Shown here piece by piece: positions 11,755-21,131 of a stretch of DNA of 64,000 nt. Origin of the DNA: Gekko japonicus (lineage: Eukaryota); assembly GCF_001447785.1 (NCBI RefSeq), contig NW_015165243.1:512313-576312 (forward strand), given 5' to 3'. The stretch's first letter is position 1. Each line of letters opens with the position of its first letter. The translations under genes were made by a program, and so were the position numbers. A model generated the notes under the pieces. It had not been told where the DNA came from. It searched no databases and saw only the letters and a list, made by a program, of their open reading frames with translations.

Positions 11755-13667
11755 GTTGGATGGGAGACCTCCAAGGAATACCTCTGAATGTCCCTTGCCT
11801 TCAAGCCCCACTAGGCATTGCCAGAAGTCTGCTTGACTTGATAGCAAAAGAGAGAGAGATTGACTCAATTCCATCATTCAGAATGGCCCTAGAGATCACA
11901 TTACTACTCTATCCCTCAATGGTGGCTGCTCATTCAGGCAGCAAGTGAACAGTAGAAAGCACTAGCTGCAGCAAACTTCCTTCTTGTGGACAAAGAAAAA
12001 GTTGGCCCTTGCCACCGTTGCAGGCAGCTGTGCTTACCAACAGAAGGGTGAAAAAGGCTCAATTATTTTGGGTAGTATAATCCAGCCACCACTGCTGACA
12101 TTGCTCAGAGAAAAGGAACGAGCCATAAATTACAGCTACTCCACAACAACAAGTCAAAGATTGGTAGTGGCCTTCTGCCAGATATTGCCTTCCTGCTAAA
12201 ATACCTTAAGTAAGATTACACAAATTAATTGTGAGAAAATGGCCATCTTCATCTGTTTACTCAGATGGCCTTCACAAATAACTTAAAGAATAAATCAAGG
12301 CCTTAGTTTTTTTCCAACTCAGTCTCTCTTTTGTAAAGGGGAAACAATATCCATCTTCCTCCATGTCATCTTTCCCCCTTCCTCCACATAACTTTTAAGT
12401 ATAATGTGCTGCACTTCCATAACAGAAAGATCATATTAGCAATATACTTAGCTAGTACACAGATCCAGAGACTGTTCTGTGTACCCAAATGCTGTTGATA
12501 CCCAACCATGGAAAGCTATCACCTTCCAAGTGTCATGTATGTCAGATTCTCTGAGGCATCTGACCAATGGATGTTAGACAAAAAAGATCAATCCGATAGA
12601 CCAGTTCTTATTATAAAAATCAACATACATGTGATTTGTCAGAAATCTTCACTAAATGCAATAGCCTTGGTATAATAAAGGTGGAAAACAGAAATTTTAA
12701 TGGCATATGATCCCAAATCATTTGGCTCGTGAAAGGACGAGCTAAATATGGAAACATTTACACCAAAGCTAATTAAAAATAACTGTAGTTTATAGTAGGC
12801 AAAGCATAATTCCAGCTTCTGGAAAACAAAGGAACAAACATACCTAAACTGAGAAAAATAAAATATATTTAAGAAAAACCAGTATATTAAGATTTCTATA
12901 AAATTAACAGAAATGAAATAGCACTGCAATGACCTTACAGACCCCAACTTAAAGGCCTAAATCTAGAAGATTTTTTTTTTAAAAAATCATAGTTGTACCT
13001 AAAGCTCTGGTAGGTCACGTGGGCAAAACTAACCTGATCCATTAGTAAATGCTACCACATTTTTAAAATGGAAAGCTCTGCAGGGTCATAACTCCTTATT
13101 CAACACAACCAATCACAAGTGTTTAAAATTGTCCTTGTCAATTGGGGAACCTGCAAGGGATTGCAAGGGGTACCTCCACGAATCACTTTCTACAGGACAG
13201 GCCTAGCAGGAAAAACAAGACACTTCTGGTTGTCACCTAAAGCTTACCACTAAAACCCATCTAGTACCTCATTAAGAAACTAAAACCTTTCCTGGAAGAT
13301 AATCCAGACCCATCAGACTGGGGGGGGGGGGGAGACGACTTGGTTCCAAGCTTGCAGTCAGCTTGCAATCAGAAGCAACTATTTACCAGTAACAATGGAC
13401 CACCCCTTTCAAGTTTTTCTGCTGAAGAATTGTGACTTAGATGAGCAATGGAGTGTCCTGGTAGGCTAGGCAAATTTTAAGGCAAATTTATACCTAGCTC
13501 TTCCTTTCTATAGAGATTTACTTGTTTGTCCTAGGTAGACAACAGAAAGACCCTGCTGGCAGAGGACTACATATACCATGTCAGAGAACAAGCAAGTGAA
13601 TGAGCTCCTCCTGATAGTATGGCTGAAATTCTATAATAGTTCAATAATAGGTAGGTTCCTTAGTGAG

Positions 13668-14280
13668 TGTCATGGGCATAGATGAGGATGAGCTGACAGA
13701 GCCTGCAGAAACCACAGCTGGCCCCTCTGAAGCAACAGAGGAGGATAGCTGGCAAGTGCCTGTAATAGGAGTCTTCACACCTGGCTCAGATAAGAAAGAA
13801 GAACTGCAAGCTGAAAGTCCTCCTGACTCACCCCCACGTGTGACTTGTTTAAGGGAGTGACTGCGGCAAAACTTAGCAACCAGGCGAAGAGAGACCAGGC
13901 TACAGGAGAGTCACTCAGCTAGCCCAGAGTTCTAACAAGAGCCTGGGTGATCGTGCAGCTGGCTAATTGGTAACAGCATTTAACTCCACAGTCTGAGCAG
14001 TACTCTTCATGGAAGCAACGTCAACTTTGTGCTGCTTGCATTCACTTCAGCTCGGCTCTTGCATCTAGACCTTTGGCCCGCCTGGCTTTGGACTTGGTTC
14101 TGTGTTCCTGGCTCCTGACCCCAGCTTAGCTTTGGACTATGCTTCTGGTTAGTGATTTTGGACTTGACTCTGTGTTTCTAGCTCCTAACCCCAGCTCGGC
14201 TTTGGACTTTGCACTGTCTTCTTGGCTCCTGACCTTGGCCTGTTCTGGACTCCTTTTGACTGGCACCCCAGCTCGTGACA
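13668..14280. mobile_element. Solo LTR (613 bp, Gypsy-like)
   Basis: TGTCATG...CGTGACA termini. Perfect 5-bp TSD gtgag at 13663-13667 and 14281-14285. Internal tandem tttggact...gctcctgacccc units. Confidence 0.88.
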
Positions 14281-15474
14281 GTGAGTGAGGATAGAATTGA
14301 CATCTGGAATTGCTGCAGGTCCTGATACTTTGGCTAATAGGTGGTTCATGTTTAGTGGGTAAGTTAATGTTTTATATAAAGGAGCTGATCTATAAGTGAG
14401 TAAAGGCCTATCATCGAGGCTTGTGGGAAATAGCAACATGGGAGATCTTGGTGGCCAGGTGTGCTGTAGCTGGCTTTTAATCCATATCTGTAGATAGTGT
14501 TGGTATATAGTAGTTTCTATATCTGTAGAAACCAGGGTGGTATTTTCTGGGAGAGTATCAATATATTATACTTTCCTCAGGAAGTCCATAGCATCTTACA
14601 AAAAATAGGTAAGTTGGTATCTTGTGGTCTAAAGGTGGAATCATAACAAGGCAAGAACACTCTACTGCTCCAATAGAACAACAGGAAGTTTTGAAAACTA
14701 CTGGATTAGAGAATGACATTGCTCTAGAGAAGTACACAATATAATAAGGGTTTACTCCAATGCAACATTTGCATAAGGTTCACACACAAATCACATGAAG
14801 AAAATAGCAGAAGCCTCTTCTGTACTACTTTTTAAAAAATAACTGTGTACCAAGCAACACAGCACAGATTTGCCCCCTTGGTTTTTGGAATGACAGAGAA
14901 AGGAGAGAATTTATGGATAATTGTGCAATGGAAAGGGGAACAATTTCATGTAACTGTTGATAAAATTCTCACTACTTTGATTCCAAGATATCATTTGAGA
15001 TGGACAAGGGCCTAAGCCATCTTCACTCATATCTTCAACAATTCAGAAAGGAAAGAAGTAGATGAAGAAAGGAGAGAAGTCATATTCATCTACATTCTGC
15101 AACAGACAGTAAATGAACACGAATAACACCAGCAATATCAGTTTTCATTAACCTAATATATAAAACAGATTGTGCATATTGGTTTTGCTCTCCACCCACC
15201 CTCTCCAACCAATACATAATATAACCTGGGGAATTTTCCTGGCTTTAGAAAACATACCACAATCGAGCATTTTGCTTCAACGCCACATGATCCATACCTG
15301 ATAAATATTACTCATAGTGCTATTAAAATGCAGCTAATTCCGGGGCAAAATCACCAGCTGTTTAGCCATACATACCAACCTACCACAAATGTTCAAGCCA
15401 GGAAGAGAAGAATTAGACTGTATCAAATTTACATTGAAGTGGGAATTTTAGAAGTTAGAATGTACAGCAATTAC

Positions 15475-15745
15475 AGAAATTGGAATTAGTCCATGGCACT
15501 GAGATTAACATTCTTACTGCAAAGGACCAAGAAACTGTAAATGACCACATGTGGTCTTTATATCACCTCTGAAAGATAGCACCTCCTGTAATTCAAAGCC
15601 TACTGTCCAAAACATCATCACTGCATCTCCATAGTATCCCTGGATAACTCTGGACAGGCTTACCAATGAAACATTGACCTAAACTGACTTTGTTCCATTT
15701 GAGAAATGTAACAGGACTATAGCACAAGGAAATACAGCTCCAAGA
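15475..15745 (-). mobile_element. Ancient AmnSINE1 (5S-derived Deu-domain SINE) remnant
   Basis: Colinear similarity to the recalled AmnSINE1 antisense consensus: ttggaatt.g.cca.g.cac.g.g.ttaaca, aatgaccaca.gtggtc, tctgaaaga..gcacctcc, and the head-end agcacaagg...agct.caag. Confidence 0.65.
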
Positions 15746-16153
15746 AACCAAGAACAGGTGATAGGGAAATAAAAATTCTGCTGGGAGTGTTTTGTGAAGT
15801 TAGTTGCATGCTGTGCTGCCATCACAATGCCACTCATATCACAAGCACTTTGTGAAAATCACCAATGAAAAAAGAAAATAAATAAAGGTAACTGGAAAGA
15901 AAAGCAAAAAAAAAATAATTCAAGAGGAAAATGTTCAGCATTGTCTGAGATTCCACAAGTGCACTGCAATAAAGTATACTGTATTTGCTAAATTCAAGGG
16001 TGTCTTTAAAAATGTAAAAAATAAAAATGGCAATGATTAAAATATTACAGGTTGGGAGACCATGAAACTTCATGTTAATAAAAATATGATTCCTGAAAAT
16101 ACAAAGGACTGGTGAAAGCAGAAGAAAGTCAGTCTGAAACCTAGCAAGCTGAG

Positions 16154-16503
16154 TAGGGTTGCCAAATCTTTTTTACTTGGCGGCGGGGGGCTCCTGCCTG
16201 GCGTCTTGAGTGCGTGCGCACGCGCAAAGCGCGCGCACGCCACCCGGATGTGACGTCATGACGCTGGGCACGCTGGGGGCGGGGCCACAGCCATTTGAGG
16301 AGAAAACATAGTTTAAACATAACATAAACTCTATGTTTTCCCCTCAAATGGCTGTGGCCCCGCCCCCAGCGTGCCTGGCGTCATGATGTCACATCCGGGC
16401 GGCGCAGGGGTGGGGTTTCCCCTGGGGCCCGATTCCGCGGGGGCGGAAATCCGACCTCCAAAGCGGGGGGAAATCAGCCCCCCGGGGGGACTTGGCAACC
16501 CTA
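16154..16503. mobile_element. hAT MITE (350 bp, young) with a long internal palindrome
   Basis: TIRs TAGGGTTGCCAA / TTGGCAACCCTA. Perfect 8-bp TSD aagctgag at 16146-16153 and 16504-16511. Confidence 0.92.
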
Positions 16504-16659
16504 AAGCTGAGTCCCAAATGCAGAGATGTTTCCTTGTGTGAAAGTAATAAAGGCCCATGCTGGAATGCCAAGAAGTAAGAAAACATTTTGAAGAAAGCTG
16601 CAAAGGCCTTCGATTCAGTTCTCCCAATCCAAAGGTTTTACCAGGTTCCCAAACCCTAA

Positions 16660-17420
16660 TCATGGACAGCTGCCGAGACCCTGCCCTTGAACACCAGGAC
16701 AGAGTGTTACAAGCTGTGGCTGGATGGTTATAACAGAGCAGACTGAAACTGAATCCATCATAGACGGAGGTCCTGCATCTGGGTCATGGGAGACTGGGAC
16801 TGGGTATTAAACTCCCAGCCTTCAATGGGGTCCCATTGGTGCCAGCACTGAAGGTAAAGAGCCTAGGGGAGTTCCTGGATGCCTCATTGACTATGGAGGC
16901 CCAGGTCACTGCCACTGCCAGGTCTGCCTTTTTTCATCTGAGGCAGATCAGGCAGTTGGCCTCATACCTCACCCCCGTGATCTGGCTGCAGTGACCCCTG
17001 CAATGGTCACTTCCAGATTGGATTAATGTAATTATTTCTATGTGGGGCTTCCCTTGGCTCTCCTCCAGAAGTTTCAGCTAGTGCAGAACGCAGCAGCACA
17101 GGTGCTGATGTCATTGCCTATGCAGGCACATATCTGCCCGGTGCCTTGTGACCTGCACTGGCTGCCTATTGAATTCTAGATCCATTTCAAGGTGTTGGTG
17201 CTTACCTTTAAAGCCCTATATGGCCAGGGGCCTGCATATCTTTGAGATTGCCTCTCCCCACGAGCCCCACAGAATATTGCATTCTATGAACCAACACTTC
17301 CTGGTAGTCCCTGGCCTGGTTGAGGCAAGTTGGACATCCCTAGGGCCAGGGACTACCAGAAGGTGTTGGTTCGTAGAATGTAATATTCTATGGGGCTCAT
17401 GTGGGGAGAGGCAGTCTCGA
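16660..17420 (+). mobile_element. L2 ORF2 fragment ending in a fold-back (inverted copy at about 17319-17420)
   Basis: Decayed L2 motifs LKLNP.KTEV, RLDYCN, LHWLP..RI.FKVL.LTFKAL. About 17345-17420 is the approximate reverse complement of about 17242-17318. Confidence 0.8.
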
Positions 17421-17847
17421 AGAAGCCCTCCTTCGGAATGTCTCTTTGGAATATTTCACTGCAACTGTAGAATATAGCACTAAAGCATATGATGAGAGCT
17501 TTATGAAGTGATATGATCTTCATTACCATACTCTATGATGAATGAAACTTAGAAGACATCTTATTGTTCCACAAGGTCCTGTTCAGATGAAGCCAGTCGA
17601 AACGAACTTGTATTCGGGAAAACTTTGTCAACCTGCAATTTTTTGGACCTCCCTTCCTTCTTTGTATCATTGTTATTTATACATGGTTTGATATCAGCAC
17701 TATAAAGCTTTTTCCCCCATGTTTTTTGAGCATTGATTCTGTATAGCGCTTGCATACTGCTTGCTTTTTCTTTTGCATTTGGAATTACAAAAGAGTCTAC
17801 TGTTGGTTTTGAATATGTTTGGGTTGTTTGGGCCCCCCATAGGGGAT

Positions 17848-19380
17848 TTTTTTATTTGCATTTTCTAAAAACTACAACGAAATTAGGGAGGGAATCGAAT
17901 ACTATAGGAGAAAGAAAAGAAAACCCACTAAAAACCCAAGAGTTGGAGGTCATACATTGCTTATAAAAGTATTAGCTTAACAATATAGAAGTTGCTTTTC
18001 TTGACATTGAAAGTGGTCAAATATCATCAATTATGTTAACAAACCATCAAGTCTGACTATGTAGAGAGCCTTACAGGAGGATCGCTAATTCACTTAAAAA
18101 CAAATGTCAAAGAACAATGGCATCTCATTTTACAATTATTTTTCCCTCCTTCATTTAAAGCAAATTAATAATCTTATTTATTTATTTATTTATTTAATCC
18201 AATTTATACCCCACCCTCCCCGCAATGCCCTTTCCCTCTGTAAGTATAACACAGTCAATTTCTCTTCCCACGCTGTTATCTTCATTCGTCTTAAGCATTT
18301 TCCCTGTGGCGTTGTCTTGCTGAAACTGGAACTGGTCATCTGAGAACAAAGTCCCTTTTTCTTTTTCAATGACTGTAATCCACTTAAATCCGTGCCTTCA
18401 ATCTTGGGGATTATTCCATTTGTTGCTTTTAAGAGCCAAACTTATAGAGAGTCTATCCGCCCCTTTGCCTGTTAGACTTTTTCGAGTATATCCATGGCAT
18501 ACCCATCGCTTACAGCTTCGCTTAGTCGTCTATATACAGGCCCCACCACTTAGTCTTACTATTAGACTCTCGACTTTAATATTGGAAGTCCCTGTGATCA
18601 AAGGCTAGTCACTTCTCTGATGTGAACACAGTCCCTTGAAAATAGCAGTCAAAATATAACACAGTTCTTGTGAAGTAACTTGTTTTTGCCAGCAGAGGAC
18701 AAAGGCTTAACTTGCAGTCTGAAAGAGTCTATGGTTGTTTTGGTCACATGGGCCAGTTGCTCTTCAACTTCCTGGAGGAAGCTTGAGTCTTGCTTGCTGG
18801 TTCTGCTGCCTCACCGATCGCCATTTTTAAGCATGTTTACTTTTTTCAAAATTTGCCAAAGTCCCAAAAATTTGCCCAAACACTTGTTTAACTCCTGGGG
18901 TCTCTCTATTACAGTCTATTACCTTTTAAAAACTCCGTCCCCACAACAGAGGCTTCCCTCCCCCCCGCTTATTTTGTTCTTTCCGGGGGAGAGTCCTCTC
19001 TGACCCCTCGCTTTAGTAAATGGGGACTCGCTCATTTTCTGGTGTTCTTGCTTTGACAGACTCACTCTTCAATGTCTGATCACTCAGATCTCACCAGGTA
19101 AGGATTTTAATGCTGCACCTCCAAACGCTTGTCCTAGTGTGCGTAGCTTGGTTCCATTCGGGAACGCAGCACAGAGACCACAGGGGCAAAGGGAAGCCTC
19201 AATCAGCCGGCAGTGTGCCTGCAGAGAGGCGCCCCTTCGTGCCCCATGGCAAGGGACTCATCGCACAAGTCCCAGGGGGGTGCATACATTTGCACCCCCT
19301 CTCAGTGCGCTGGTCCACGGATCGTCCCCCAGGAACACCCTGGGGAAATGGCCGCCATCAGCCCGCCAAAACCGGAAGTC
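17848..19380 (-). mobile_element. Short L1-like element (5' UTR, decayed ORF1-like region and poly(A); no ORF2 seen)
   Basis: The minus strand begins GACTTCCGGttttggcgggctGATGGCGGC, a typical L1-clade 5' end with ETS/YY1-like motifs, followed by a GC-rich leader. An A-rich end lies at about 17848. An L2 tail is inserted at about 18175-18230. Confidence 0.45.
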
Positions 19381-19926
19381 TGAATATGGTCTTTTTGTAA
19401 ACTATGTTTAACTGTTATGAGTAATCTGTTGGATCAATGTCTATACACTCTATAGACTCTATACACGAACCCTTCTTTGTATTTTCTTTGTATTCTTTGT
19501 ATTTCAATTAATGTAATATATGGTTTTGAACATAGTTGTAAATTGTAGATGGTCTTCCCTTGGTGGGTGTTGTTTGTGGCTATACCTTTACACTAAGGGT
19601 TCCCTATTGTCTTTGGCATATCTAGTTTTGGGGAGAGGCATCCGGCTATTCATTCCACAGTGGGAGTCTTCTGCTGCAGTTACTTTCTGCTTGGAGGTCT
19701 ATGGACACTATGTATGGAATTACAGAAGAGCCTACTGTTGGTTTTGAATATGTTCTTTTTGTAAACTATGTTTAATTGTTATGAACAATCTGTTGGATCA
19801 ATGTCTATACACTCTATTGGGTTGTGACCACTAACCCTTCTTTGTATTTCAATTAATGTAATATAAAGTTTTGAACATAGTTGTGAATTGTAGATGGTCT
19901 TCCCTTGATGGGTGTTGTTTGTGGCT
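19381..19926. repeat. Direct repeat of about 200 bp (19381-19581 and 19746-19926), period about 365 bp
   Basis: tgaatatg.tctttttgtaaactatgtttaa.tgttatga..aatctgttggatcaatgtctatacactctat...tgtagatggtcttcccttg.tgggtgttgtttgtggct occurs twice. 19715-19754 also matches 17780-17819. Confidence 0.85.
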
Positions 19927-19928
19927 TT

Positions 19929-20362
19929 TCAACTAGGGCAAGGGCTTTATTGGCCCTGGACCCTGTCTGGTAGAATGAGCGACTGTATGAGATCAGGGCC
20001 CTGCAGGACCTGTTACAGTTCCGCAGGGCCTGCAAGACAGAGCTCTTCCACCAGGCCTTTAGCTTAGGCAGTGGGCATCCATTCGATCTGGCCTCCCCTC
20101 CAGTGACCACAGTTCCCAAAAGCCGGGTGGGACCATAATATTATCCACTGAGGCACATTATTGTTCTAATCTATAGTGATCTTATTGATTTTAAATTGGA
20201 TTGGTATAATGTGTTTTATTCTAAATCTACTTTAATTGCAGGACTTAGTCATAAATTATGAATTGTTTTAACTGCAAATCTGCATTATTGTAGACATATA
20301 TGTTGGTATCTGCCCTGAGCCTACATTGTGGGAGGGTGGGATATAAGTCTAAGTAAGTAAAT
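19929..20362 (+). mobile_element. L2 3' end
   Basis: ORF2 C-terminus (gagatcagggccctgcaggacctgttacagttccgcagggcctgcaagacagagctcttcc), then 3' UTR and a gccctgagcc...gggagggtggg tail. Confidence 0.85.
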
Positions 20363-20723
20363 GGGTGTTCCTGTTGAGTTCAATATAGGAGAGGAAAGGG
20401 AAATCAGTTATATAAGAATTCTGAATGCTCACAACATTTCTAGATTAATGTGAATATCACCTCACTATAGAGTAAAAGCATGTTCTTTTGGTCCTATCAC
20501 ATTCTAGTACCACAGCAAGAAATGGAACCCCCCCGAATGGGGATACACAATTGAAGGGGCATACTGTAAAAAGCAGGCTTCTTTCCCAAAGGCCTCCACT
20601 GTTACCCTGGCACAGAGTAAACAGACTTCAAGAGGGTATAGATGAAAACAAACAAAACCTCCAGATACAGGGAAACTTTGATGAAATTTAACTAGATACA
20701 TCCCATAGCATATCTGAATCTTT

Positions 20724-21131
20724 GGCCCCGGTCACACGGGAGGTTTTGGCCCGAAACAGGGATGGATTGGGGGCACAGCAAACGGGCACGATCAAACTGC
20801 AACATCTGGGAAACGGCGCACACCCATCCCCGATCCGTCCCTTCAGGCCAGTAATGCGGAGCAAAAAAGAACCTGCAAAAGGGAAGGACTTACCTGAAAC
20901 GCTGCAGCAAGTGCAGCCGTCCTAGCGCCGGAGCGCCCGTCTTCAGGAGCATTGGAGGCTCCCAGCCAAACTGTGCATGCGCACACATGCACAGCTGGCT
21001 GCCTTGTGCTCCCTTCTGTGGCTTCCCCCCCCCCGGGCATCTGATCGTGCCAGGGAGCAACTGCGCGGCAGCTCACGGGATCTGTCTGATCCCGCCGTTA
21101 CATGTCTCTTTCCCCCCATGTGGCAGGGGCC
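20724..21131. mobile_element. PIF/Harbinger-like MITE, copy B (inverted relative to 1386-1828)
   Basis: Termini ggccccggtcacacggg / catgtggcaggggcc. The body is reverse-complementary to copy A. Confidence 0.7.

Larger units (their letters stand above)
10639..11854 (+). mobile_element. 5S-derived SINE split by two nested insertions (SINE parts 10639-10711, 11321-11338 and 11755-11854)
   Basis: The 5S-like text cagatctcagaagttaaacagggccagc...gctagtacttgg...atgggagacctccaaggaatacc reassembles across the inserts. Outer TSD agagattgactca at 10626-10638 and 11855-11867. Confidence 0.85.

Noticed and set aside
13663-13860. Acidic 65-aa ORF
   Set aside because: It lies within a solo LTR, starts in the TSD and has no recognisable homology.
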